A stretch of DNA of 64,000 nucleotides from positions 128,218,001 through 128,282,000 of the forward strand of contig NC_058368.1 of assembly GCF_018350175.1 (NCBI RefSeq). Reading direction: 5' to 3'. Shown piece after piece: positions 27,080 through 38,588 of this stretch (positions are counted from its first letter, which is position 1; every line of letters begins with the position of its first letter). This DNA is from Felis catus (lineage: Eukaryota). The notes beneath the pieces are model-generated. The model saw only the letters and a program-made list of their open reading frames with translations, was not told where the DNA came from and did not search any database. The position numbers were made by a program, and so were the translations under genes.

Positions 27080-27570
27080 GAACAAAGTAATACCTGGTAA
27101 ACTGAGGCCCCAATTCACGCCCTCCCTGTATCCATACTGTTTGACTCATAACTTTCCTTCACTCTTGAGTCCTACCAGGTCTTGCTTTGGCCAATGGGAT
27201 ATTATTAAATATGACACAGAGTGGTGAAAAGCACATATGTGTTGCCATCCCACCCTCTTGCACAAATGAGTTGGCCTACTTTTGGATACCAGTGACTACA
27301 CTGAGAGCATGCTTAGACTAGTCTACTGAAGCGATGGGGGCACAAATGAAAGGCATGTAGAGTAGTACAGAGTTTTCCCAATCAAGGATAGCTCAGATGG
27401 CCAGCTAACCACTAGTGCATGAGTAAGACCAGCTAAATAATCAGAATCTAGGTTAGTTAAGCAGAATTTCCCCCAGCTAACCAGTGGACTCATGAAAATA
27501 ATAAATGGTTGCCATTTTAAGACACTATGTTTTGGAGTACTTTGTTACACAGCCATCGCTAACCGATATA
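27080..27570 (+). mobile_element. MaLR (MLT1-like) solo LTR; left edge approximate
   Basis: 3' end AATAAATGGTTGCCATTTTAAGACACTATGTTTTGGAGTACTTTGTTACACAGC…TAACCGATATA. Confidence 0.65.
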
Positions 27571-28483
27571 ACTTGGATAATTACCCCTCCAAATAACCAA
27601 GATGTTAAAAGTGGAGGTTGTCAGGGGTCTCCCTAAGTTTAAAGTCAAGGTCACAATTTTAAAATATTGTCTCCAACAGTCAAACGAATTAAAATAACAA
27701 GTTACCTAGGAAAAACAAGTGTTAATTTTCTGGTTCAAGTTTGTTAAGTCATTCAAACACAACAGGATGATGAAGAAATACATTCAGTGTAATTGCAATT
27801 CCAAGCTGAACTATTGGCATCCCCTTAAATTATAAAAGGGGATCTTTTACAAGTATAAATATGTTATACCCAGGAAACTGCTGCTTTTCTTTGTGGGCTG
27901 CAATAAAAACAATGGAACCACATATGTTCACTTCATTCTTCAGTAATCCTTCCTTGGCCTCATCACGGGGGACTTGTGATTCTCACCGGAGCCCGTTTTC
28001 AAGAAAGGAAACTCTTCCTTCTTTCATCTTTAAAAAGCTAACCACCTTCATGTTCATGTACCAAATGTACCTACTTCAAGACCTAGAACTAAAATGCACC
28101 AATGATAATTTGCTTCTAGTCAGACTTTCATACTGACATAAGCACTACCTTTTCCCCCTTCCAAGGTTACCCATCTTTCTTTCAGCATATTTCCCAAGAG
28201 GTCTGCACTAAATCATCAGCCATCACATTACAGAAGTAACAAAGCAGACACTCGAATAACACACATGCTGTTTGAAGAGGTTTTTCTCACCCAACCTCCT
28301 TCTCACTCACAGCCTCGTACCCAGCCCAGGCAAAGTTTTAGTTCATCCAGAATACATTTTATGTTCTGTTCCACAAAAATACACATCTTTGTATGAGAAT
28401 AAGCCAGGCCACGTTGAGAATATTATTAAAGACACAATACTAAGTCCTCTCCCAGCTTAGCCTCATGTGCTCCTCCTTTGTAG

Positions 28484-28777
28484 TGTCTTAGTTTGTTCCA
28501 AAATACTATAGACAAAATGCCATAGACTGGGAGCCTTATACACAACAGAAATTTATTGCTTACAGTTCTGGAGGTGGAAGTCCAAGATCAGGGTGCCAGA
28601 ATGGCCAGGTGAGGGGCCTCTCATGAGCTCTATGAGGCTTCTTTTCTGCAGAGCATTACCTCCATTCATTAGGGCTGTGCATAATGACTTAAACACTGCC
28701 AAAAGGCCCCAACTCCTAATACTGGCCATGAGGATTTCAACACGTGAATTTTGGGGCTATCCAAACAGCTTATAGCG
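28484..28777 (-). mobile_element. MaLR (MLT1A/B-like) LTR
   Basis: TGTCTTAGTTTGTTC…CAACAGAAATTTATTGCTTACAGTTCTGGAGG…AAGTCCAAGATCAGGGTGCCAG…TTTCAACACGTGAATTTTGGGG. Confidence 0.8.
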
Positions 28778-29453
28778 TTTGGTAAGCAAAGCATGGATTC
28801 TTGCCTCCCTTTTATAGGCAAGCAAACTGAAACTGGAGGTGGCAATGTGACTTCCTGAGGTTTCTCTTCTATAAAGTGACTAAATTAGAATTCAAAGTCA
28901 GGTTCAGAGTCCTTTCCCATGCAGGATAGTCCAGAATAATACAATGTAGGAAACTTCAAAAACTTTTTTTTTTTTTTTTTTTACGGAAAAGATAAAGACC
29001 AGAGATAAATGTAAGATTAAAGATAAAGAACAGTTAAGTAAAGGTAGGAAAAGACACAAGAGAGGCATTTACATTTTCACTGGACAATTGTGTAACAAAA
29101 GCAGCTACTAACTAGAAACATTTCTAGAATATTCTATACAACACAAGAGAAGGTTATGTAATTTCACATTATGTTATGTACTGGTAACAGTAGAGCAACA
29201 AAGACCAAAGTGAGGATTCCCATCCCACTTTGCTTGTCAGTGACATTATCACCTCCTGTTAATTTTCTCAATGTGCTATTGTGGGCTGTTTATCCTTTAT
29301 TCAACAGAGGCTAGTGCAATTATTCTTGTTTATCCACAATATATTTAGGAGAGGCAGTGCTATAGGTAATTGAATATGCAAATTAGCAAAGACTACTAAA
29401 CACAGTAACATCTCATTTATTTAGACCCTGCCCAAAACTGTAAGGCTCCCAAA

Positions 29454-29641
29454 CAGGGTTTAGCAACCTTTTTTCTATAAAGGGCCATATAGTAATAGTT
29501 CAGTCTTTGCAAGCCATACTGTCTCTGCAGCAACTACCCAACTCTGCACTTGTGGTGCAAAAGCAGCAGGCAACAATATATAAACTAATGAGTGTGTGTT
29601 GCAATAAAACTTTATTTACAAAATCAGATTTGGCCCACAGG
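29454..29641. mobile_element. MER58-like hAT-Charlie MITE
   Basis: CAGGGTTTAGCAACC…TAAAGGGCCA…CAACTACCCAACTCTGC…CAATAAAACTTTATTTACAAAA…GATTTGGCCCACAGG. Confidence 0.8.
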
Positions 29642-29797
29642 AAATACTTTAAGAATTTCTGCTTAAAACATAACCCTCTCCCAAAAGTAAAAAATGCACT
29701 TATGTTCTTATTACTCTCAGGGGGAGAATTAACACCCTGAGCAAATGCTCGTTTTCTCATTTTATATACAATTTTTCTCAAAAACTGTACTATTTTC

Positions 29798-29986
29798 GAG
29801 GCCCCTGGGTGACTCAGTCAGTTAAAGATCCTTCAGCTCAGGTCATGATCTTGCAGTACCTAAGTTTGAGCTCTGTGTGGGGCTCTCTGCTGAGAGCTCA
29901 GAGCCTGGATCCTGTTTTAGATTCTGTGTCTCCCTCCCTCTCTGCCCCTCTCCCTCCTGCATTCTGTGTCTCTCTCAAAAATAAAT
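29798..29986 (+). mobile_element. Can-SINE
   Basis: GAGGCCCCTGGGTGACTCAG…CTCTCAAAAATAAA. Confidence 0.9.
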
Positions 29987-30419
29987 GCTTATAATCTACA
30001 GCAAAAGAGACACAGGAATTTCAAAGCAGGAGTGTTAACAGAGGCTAACAGAGGAAAGGCCAAAAGCCTTGAGAACAGACAGAAGACAAAAACAACAGGG
30101 CAGCCTGGACCAGCTAGTTTAGGGGTAAAACACTTTTCCTAAACTCGTTACGGTCATCTTCATCATTTCTATGTCACCTGACTCATTATCACTTACTTAG
30201 AGCAAACTTCCATTTTTTGATGGTCATAATGATGATTCTGAATTGCCAGGGGAAAGATTCCATTTAATCTTACGACAGAAGAAACACACAGACATCAAGG
30301 ACCCATTTAGAAAAACCCATCAAAATTGGCTATTAGCGTTTTGAAACTGACTGAATAAACTCCAGTTATCTAGAGTGTATATTTTAAGAAATAATCAAAT
30401 CCCCCAGATAATCATGGGA

Positions 30420-30630
30420 AGACAAACATTTATAAAGCACTTACTATGAGTCATGCATCATTCCAAACTCTTTTATGTATATTAATTTATTCAATGTACC
30501 CAACAACCCAACCAGGTCGATACTTTTATTACCCCACTGTTCAGATAAGGAAAATAAGGTACAGGGAGATGAAAACATATAAACACAGCTACAAAGAGGC
30601 AGAGACGAGATCTGAACCCAGGCAGTTTTT
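30420..30630 (-). mobile_element. MIR
   Basis: ACATTTATAAAGCACTTACTATG…ATTACCCCACTGTTCAGATAAGGAAAATAAGG…ATCTGAACCCAGGCAG. Confidence 0.75.
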
Positions 30631-30848
30631 TTTATCAGTTACTACACATTACCAAGGCATTACCTTATAACTATACTGGGTGCCTTATTACAAAGACCAT
30701 GAACATGATAAGATACATGTAAAATCTCTACCAAATGTAATACAGTCTTCAGAATCTAACATTTGAGACATGCCAATGGTTTTCAATGCCTCGGGGTAAA
30801 ACTAGTAAGAGTCTATTATTTTTGTTCAGTTCCACCAAAATAAAAAGA

Positions 30849-31040
30849 GGGGCACCTGGGTGGCTCAGTTGGTTCAGGGTCCAACTTCAGCTGAGGTCAT
30901 GATCTCTGGGTTCATGAGTTCGAGCCCCACATTGGGCTCCATGCTGACTGTTCAGAGCCTATTTGGGATTCTCTCTCTGCCCTTTCCCTGCTCACACTTT
31001 CTCTCTCTCAAAATAAATAAACTTTAAAAAAAAAAAAAAA
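30849..31040 (+). mobile_element. Can-SINE
   Basis: GGGGCACCTGGGTGGCTCAG head and long A tail. Confidence 0.93.
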
Positions 31041-32008
31041 GAGCTTTTAGACCTTAGATTGAGGAGATTTTGTTTTCAATGTTGCACTGAAGATTGTTTT
31101 TGGAATGAGCCAGACCAATAAACAAGTAAATGGTGTTATGGGAAAATTCTTTTTAAGAACTCCTAGTTTCATCAGATAAATATGAGTATGTAAAATAATT
31201 TAGTCCTTCTATTTCTTAGATCAGGATGTGAAGATTAAAAGAGATATTTATTTGTTGTCTTTATTTCTTAAATAGCTCAATTGTAAATTTGGCTTATATG
31301 GAAAAAAGGCATTTTGTTGTTAATAACTGAGGTTAATATTGGCTTATCACCCAACAAAAATATTCATCTCTAATGCATCCAGAGTAAAGGACTAAAATTG
31401 GCTTATGATGTTTTATTAAAAGAAAATTGAAAGTTTATGGAGAGATTGTTTTCAATAGCAATGACCTGAAAAATATTTTTGGTTACTAAATGGGCATCTG
31501 CAGTCTTTTTCATTTGTGCCATTAACATTTTTGCTAATTTCTAGGACCTCAGAGTGGAGACAAATCTTTCAGCCTCTAGAAAACAATCTACAAGCCACAC
31601 TTACATTATTTGCAACATTTGCTCACTCCATGCAACAAATTGTTCTCCAAAAGCTACATACTCTTTATATGTAGGTGAGCACTTTTGTCCAATGATAAGT
31701 TAATACTCATTGCACAACTTAAAAAATACTCAAGGAACAGGAAAGAGTGAATAAGTTTCAATCATTTTCTGTTCCCAGTTACTCATTTTCTTCACAGGCT
31801 TTTCTGAAACTACAAAGTGAGAGATTCAAATACCTAACACAGAAGAGGACGGGCTAGATGTATTAAGAAAAACATCCTATTACCCCTTATTTCACAATAG
31901 GATATAAAGATTAAATCAATAATAATCTTTATAATCATAATTTTCATAAAATTATGTTTTAGTAGTCTTGAGAAGTTGTGAACAGAAGAGATTAAGCATT
32001 TAAAAGTA

Positions 32009-32222
32009 GGGGGCAGGGGGTGGGGGGTCTGGGTGGCTCTGTCAGTTAAGCCAAAGGCAGCTTTGGCTCAGGTCATGACAGCTCAGAGCCTGGAGCCTGC
32101 TTCAGATTCTGTGTCTCCCTCTCTCTGTACTCCTCCCGCTCCCCTGCTCATACTTGGTCTCTCTCAAAAGTAAACATTAAATTGTTAATTAAAAAAATTA
32201 AAATAAATTTAAAAAATAATTT
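32009..32222 (+). mobile_element. Can-SINE with G-expanded head and internal deletion
   Basis: GGGGGCAGGGGGTGGGGGGTCTGGGTGGCTC…GACAGCTCAGAGCCTGGAGCCTGC; approximate TSD TTTAAAAGTA. Confidence 0.85.
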
Positions 32223-32639
32223 AAAAGTAAAATTATATTCCTAATTTCTTCTAGATGATAAAGATTGTATTTTTTTAATTTAACCTTTGGTTCATGGTTA
32301 CAAGGCCTAGATTCTATGTGGACATACTAGAGAACAGAAAGAAAAGAAACAGAAATGGAATAAAAAGGAAAGAAGCAAAAAAAAAAAAAAAAAAAAGGTA
32401 TAAATTGGTTGGCTGGTCACCAAAGCAACTTTCTGTTTTCTGCAGACAGAAATAGGACTGCATGCTGTATCTAGGTGAGGCCATGTGACCCACCTCTGGC
32501 CACAACAATGTGAACAATCCTTGGGGCATCTTCCCCTCTGCCACCACACAAGGACCTGGTTGGTGGTAATGATGTAATAAGAGCAGGGCCCCGAGAACAC
32601 CACTTGAATGAGAGGAATGCACCCATCAAGATCCATTTT

Positions 32640-33410
32640 ACTGAACTGGTACAGCTACCATGAAAAGCATTATAGACTTTCCCCCCAAAAAGTTAAAAAT
32701 AGAGCTACCATATGATCCTGCACCTCCACTTCTGGGTATATCCCCAAAGAGAATACAAACAGGATGTTGAAGAATTATCTGTGCTCCCATGTTGATCGCA
32801 TCATTATTCATAATAGCCAAGACATGGAAACAACCTAAGTGTCCTTGATGAATGGGTTAAGAATGTGAAATATAAACATATACTGGAATATTATTCATCT
32901 ACAAAAAAGAAGGAAATCTTGTCATTTGTGACAACATAAATGAAACTTGATGGCATTATGCTAAGCAACGTAAGGCAAACAGAGAAAAGACAAATACTGT
33001 AGGTTTCCACTTACGTGTGAAAGCCACAAATGCCGAACTCACGGAAATAGAGAATAGTGTTTGCTATGGGCCAGGGGGTGGGGGAAAAGGGAAGATATTG
33101 GTCCAAGAGTATAAATTTCCAGTTAGAACATGAATAAGTTGCAGGGATCTAAAATATACCATAGTGATTATGGTTAGTAATACTGTATTACATACTTGAA
33201 ATTTGCCATGAGAATAAATCTTAAGTGTTCTCACTACAATAAAATAGTAATTATGTCACATGATGCAAGGGTTAGCTAATGCTATGACAGCAATCACTTT
33301 ACAACCCTTAAGTGTAACAAATCAACATGCTCTACAGCTGAAACTTACATAGTGTTGTATATCACCTGTATCTCAACAAGGCTGAGGGAATAAAAGAAGT
33401 TAAAAAAAAT
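32640..33410 (+). mobile_element. Old L1 (L1MA/MB-like) ORF2 end plus 3'UTR
   Basis: AAAATAGAGCTACCATATGATCC…CTTCTGGGTATATCCCC…GGAAACAACCTAAGTGTCC…GGCATTATGCTAAG…TATCTCAACAAGGCTG. Confidence 0.88.
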
Positions 33411-34460
33411 CTTTCAACATTATTTAAGTTAGTAAAGAGGGCTCTTACCCCATCACCAAAGGCACAAGAAAGTCAGATTAATGTCTCCAACTAACAGTTT
33501 TCCATTCTGTACTACAAATGAAATTCATTCATTTCTAGCAAGTCCCCTTATGTACCTTATGTTAGGTAGGGTGCATGGGATAAAGGCAGGAGAGGCTCCA
33601 TTCTATTCATATTCATTGTGCTTATTGTGCTTCCTGTTCAATTTCATCTAAAGAGAAAAAAAGGTTGTCGAGGCAGAAGTGCTTCCATCGAACAGATATT
33701 GGTGCTGGGAAATAATTAAATGCATCCTAACAGTAAGCTCAAGCAGCTCAAGCATAGGCATGACTGTGGCCAATATCCCAAAATGATGATGATATGGCCA
33801 AGTAGAACTACTGACAAATTTGGAATTCGAAACTAGTGACTATTCAGAAAGTCATTTAGACCATTAATTTTATTCCTGGGAGCAGCAACAGTTTAAAACC
33901 TCCACAAGTACTCCATTACTTCAATTTAATAAAGCAAGTCAAGACAGGAATAAAAAGTCCAAGAATTTTGACTGAATTTCCTAACTCACTTTTTCCTGTC
34001 AGGAAACTACCTCCTCTCAAACTTCATCATTAGCAATTCTAAATGTATCCAGTGAAGGAACGCTGATCTCAGTCCTGGTGTGGTTCTATATCTAAATGGA
34101 AGGAAAATCACCACACAAGCTTAAACAACAAGAAAACCCATCCTGCCTGAGGGAAGCAGACACAGTTTAGAAAAGAAATCAAACAACTCAGTAAGAAATG
34201 CATGTGGTATTTTCTTTCTTAAAAACTGATTTATACTTTAATAGGCTGATAGTAACAGTTATCTTAAGCGACATTCATATGACACTTAGAAGGTTACTCA
34301 TTATGTTCTCACATACAATATCACGTTTACCTGTCACAGTAAACCAAATGGTATTTTTAACACTCAAGTAACTGACAGATAAGGACTGAGGTTCTAAAAG
34401 CCTTTGTAACGTTTCAATATTAAACAACGAAGACTTCCTTCGCTTTAAGAAGTACTTCTC

Positions 34461-34705
34461 GGGGGCACCTGGGTGGCTCAGTCAGCTAAGCGTCCAATGT
34501 CGGCTCAGGTCATGATCTCACAGTTCATGGGTTCAAGCACTGCATCGGGCTCCGTGCTGACAGCTGAGAGCTGGAGGCTGCTTTGGATTCTGTCTCTCTC
34601 TCTCTCTCTCTGTGCCCCTGCCCTGCTTATTCTCTACCTCTCCCCCTCCTCTCTCGCTCTCACTCTCGCTCTCACTCTCAAAAAAAAACATTTAAAAAAA
34701 TTTTT
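34461..34705 (+). mobile_element. Can-SINE
   Basis: GGGGGCACCTGGGTGGCTCAG head, CT tract and A tail. Confidence 0.93.
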
Positions 34706-35819
34706 TGAGTATTTCTCCAATATTGAGAACATGCTCTGAAAATAGAGGAACTAGTGTCGTGAGCATCTGCCATACTATCAGAGTGTAGTTGTATGATACA
34801 TTACGATATACAAAGAATTAAAATATTCTTTGAGAAACACTTTCTCATTGTGTTGCTGATACTCACTAGCACAGTAAAATACCAGAACATACGTCATCAT
34901 TTCCCTTTTACAGACGTAGAGACTGAGGCTTAGAAAAATTTAATGACCTGAGCATGAGCTCACTGACTGCAAGATTATTTCACTAAGCCATTCTACCTCT
35001 TGAACTTGGAGGGACACAATCTTGCTAGCAATCAATAAAATGGGAAATTACATCACCTGCACACATTATATCATTGGAATAATTGCTTTTAAATTAAATC
35101 TCCTCCTCTACCAATGGGTAGTGTTGCGTTCCACAGAGTAGTACACAAATCTAAGGTGTTTAACTCTTTGTGATGTACCCCGTGCAATGGGGTGGGCTGG
35201 GGGAGGTGCCTCATTTGTTTTGCTCTGCTTCCTTTAAAACATACTCAAGGTGGAACAGCAACTCTTTTGAAAATGCCAACGAGGAAAAATTAAATTCTTG
35301 AGCAAAATTAAGCAGTAAGATTAGTGCTATATATACAACCAGAAAAAAATGTCTTAGAGAAGATCAAGTCTTTCCAAAAGCAAAATTCATCAGCTAACGC
35401 TGGAAAATCTAATTCAATCAATAAAATTTTTTTTTCCAATTTGGATTTATGTCATTGCTTTAGTAGGTAGTGTTAATACTTTCCAAGTGCCAATGCGTAT
35501 TCATGAACACTTTGCAAATCATAACGTAATGCATTCCTTTTTGGATACATCTTTTGTCAAATCCATCTGTCTATGGCAGACATGCAGTCTTACAGATCCT
35601 TATCTGTAAAAGGATCTGTTCCTTTTTCACAATGCCCTGTTCACTGCTATCCAGTGGCCACCTGGCAACCCTCTACTCTTGCTTTTCTTAATATCCTGGC
35701 CTCTCTCAAGAAGGAGGTGTGTCCCTGGCATTTCTGGCAGAACTGAAGAGATAAAAGTCCTCTACAAAGCACCAAAGCAAGTTGTCAATAATCGTAGTGT
35801 ATACACAGCACTGTTTCTA

Positions 35820-36033
35820 TTTTTAATATCTTAATTTTTTCATGTTTATTATTTGGAGAGAGAGTATGCAAGCGGGGGGAAGGGCAGAGAGAGAGGGAGA
35901 CACAGAATTGGAAGCAGGCTCCAGGCTCTGTGCTGACAGCTCAGAGTCGGATGTGGGGCTCGAACTCATGGACAACGAGATCATGACCTGCACAGAAGTC
36001 GGACATTTAACCAACTGAGGCACTCAGAAGCCC
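35820..36033 (-). mobile_element. Can-SINE
   Basis: …GGGCTCGAACTCATG…AACCAACTGAGGCACTCAGAAGCCC. Confidence 0.92.
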
Positions 36034-38108
36034 AATACAGCAGTATTTCCCTGAGCCCTAAACACCTGCTCTAGGTACCTTCTGAATTGCATGGGCAGCT
36101 TGTAAAAGTTTGATAATGAGCTTAAATCATTTTTATTTGATTCATCTAAGTAAGAGCCCAAGCAAGTTAGTATAAAGAATGAAGGCAGGAAAAGGTGGAA
36201 GGGACCCTAGCACAAGAAAGGGGTGCCAGCTTGGAAGTCAGAAGCCAGGTTAGATAAATCAGCTTCCACCCCCACCCACATCTTAGTCTAGATGGGACTC
36301 GAACCACCCTGAGGGATGAGACCACATTCCTTTTATAGGTGCACCACTTTCTTCCACTAACACAGTTAGGAATGTAGAACAACGAGCACATCAACTATTA
36401 GTATTAGCGTCTGTGGCTACTGACACTCAATAAATCAACTCGCTCTTCTGTTTTGATAAAGGAATGCATATCCTGTCTTCATAATGTAAATGTGTTTCTC
36501 AAAGAATATATTGGAACTGCTTTTACTTAAAACTATTTTACATACATTTGGTTGATACAGAAAAGAATCCTATGTTGGTGATTTTTCTTTCCTTTTATGA
36601 ACTTCATCCACTGGTGTGACCTAAGAAGTCACATTTAAGCAAGTGAAAATATTTTTAACAAAACTTCGCATTTTCAAGTGTGATCTAAACATAAAATTTT
36701 GCAAAAACACAATCAATATTCCTCCCCTACCAGCTAATCATGTCAGTCATTTATACAGGTACAACCACAAATAAACTGCTCTTGAGTATATAAGTAATAT
36801 TTTTATAGTAATTGGCAAATAATTGCTATAGCAGTTAGAAGCTTTTATTCGCCACAGGAACCCACAATTTTACCAAACTGTTCAAATGATTTATGCTTGA
36901 GGTTTACATATGTGACAAATAGATACATTTGCAGCTCTAAGTCTGAAGAGGGAAAAATCAGGCAAAAAGCAAACTAGAAAACAAGTCAGATTATAAGAAA
37001 TCACCTAGTTGTGTGCTGTATTGCAAAAAAAGTATAAAAATTATTGGAAAGGAGGAAAAAATATTTCTAAGTACTAACTTCATAGGCAAAAGCCTTTTGT
37101 TTTAATGAAAGGCTGGGGGAAAATCAATAATGATTTAAAAGTAAAAAGTAAACTGCTTACACTCACCAGTCTATACTCAGTATTAACTCCATCCTACAGT
37201 GTATGCTATAGAAGGTAATATAATGCTAAAAAAAAAAAAAAAAAGAAGAAGAAGAAGAAGGTAATATAATGCTGATGTTTTCCAGTTTCTCATTTTAATC
37301 CACTCCAGCTTTGTCTTAAACCTTGTCAGCAACAGAAGTCACCCCCAGCAACTATACAGTCCTAACAACAGCTTCTCTAGACTAATTTGATCCTGATCCG
37401 CTAAAACCACAAATTCCAATCCGCATACTTTATTCTGTTAGGCTTATGTCTGTGTGTATTTAATGTACTTCTTTTAAGGCTTTTGAAAACAAGCTAGTGA
37501 TTTCTCATTCAGCTCTCTACCACATAAACAGAACCACTGAGGAGCATTTCTATACATATAAAAATGTTCTAGTTATTCACAGATTATGTCTTAAGTCAGC
37601 TTCAGAGGACAGTGAAGAAAAGTAGCACTGCCGTAATTGTACATTTCTCCTTTCTCTAACTGCTCTAACTGCCATGTACCTGTGTCCCAAAAGGACTGCT
37701 ATCATTTGCAGCTCCCTTACAGTTTTGGACAGTGGGGGTAGGAAATCCTGAAACTTGCCAGACTCCAGTGCTCTCTCAGCCATTGCTTTGACACCAGCAG
37801 CCCGTTTTAAGCTGCTCATGCTGGACCTCTATCAACTTACTGACCCCATAAAACAAAAATAGGGCTAGCAAATGCACGGAACAGCTTTCTTGAAAATGCA
37901 GCTTGACTGTGACTCGTGACAAAAATCTCAAATAACCGTGCCGGGTTTTACGAGCTTTAAGATTAATTGCACTGAACTTGATACATATAGTATAGCACCT
38001 TGAAAATGAATCATCTGCTAATTCAGTATTTTCTAATTACAATCACTCCCTCCTGGGGCATGTAATTAATTTACTGAGTTAAAAAAAAAAAGAGTCAGGA
38101 TTACTCAC

Positions 38109-38270
38109 ACAGTCTTGAAGATGCAATGTCAGCTATTTAGGACAGAAACATCCAAGGCCGTGTTAGAACTCAGTTACGACTACATATGCGTTAAAGCAGG
38201 AACTGGCAGGCCTCTGAACTACAGCAACTATAGGACTCGTGCTTCTAGTGCACGGGGCTATAATTTATGA
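38109..38270 (-). other. PDE4D: Non-coding first (5'UTR) exon of the PDE4D7 isoform of phosphodiesterase 4D; 5' boundary approximate
   Basis: The minus strand reads ...GGCCTTGGATGTTTCTGTCCTAAATAGCTGACATTGCATCTTCAAGACTGT|GTGAGTAA. This matches the human PDE4D7 mRNA 5'UTR as I recall it and ends at a consensus GTGAGT donor (38108-38103). Identification is by recall, not alignment. Confidence 0.8.
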
Positions 38271-38588
38271 AACTGAGCCCCAGATCCAGCCAATCACTTA
38301 GCTCCTCATAACAAGTCTAACTGGCTCTGGAAAGCTGAAAGGACTGCACTAGAACAACAAAGATGAGATATTCCACACAATAATGTGCTTATGTGGAATC
38401 ACATTTCCCTGCAAGGCCAGAGAAAAATCACAGCTTCGCTGTCGGAGGGAAGGAGAACAGATGACCTGGAAGAATGTGACTAGATATGGAGCAAGATCTT
38501 GTCTGGCATGGCAATCCCAACCGTGCCTGCATTAAGGGACCAAGCTACCCCCGGAAGTCCAAGGGCAACTACAGCAGCAAAGCCGGAG
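38115..38588 (+). ncRNA. PART1: PART1-like lncRNA exon 1, antisense-overlapping the PDE4D7 first exon; TSS uncertain
   Basis: AAGGCCGTGTTAGAACTCAG...GGCCAGAGAAAAATCACAGCTTC...CAGCAAAGCCGGAG|GTAATT resembles recalled human PART1 exon 1. A consensus-like donor GAG|GTAATT lies at 38588/38589. Confidence 0.7.
38255..38420. promoter_or_regulatory. Putative shared/bidirectional PDE4D7-PART1 promoter core with NF-Y type CCAAT box
   Basis: AGCCAATCA (CCAAT 38290-38294) fits the NF-Y consensus and lies just upstream of the PDE4D7 exon on the minus strand, in a repeat-free block. Confidence 0.5.

Noticed and set aside
1..38108. Coding exons of PDE4D
   Set aside because: No PDE4D-like peptide (e.g. 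the PDE4D7 N-terminus, UCR or catalytic domain) appears in the ORF track or by eye. Short exons could be missed, but the region reads as intron.
38340..38470. Androgen response elements near the PART1-like exon
   Set aside because: Only AGAACA half-sites (38351, ~38454) were seen, with no properly spaced AGAACAnnnTGTTCT palindrome.
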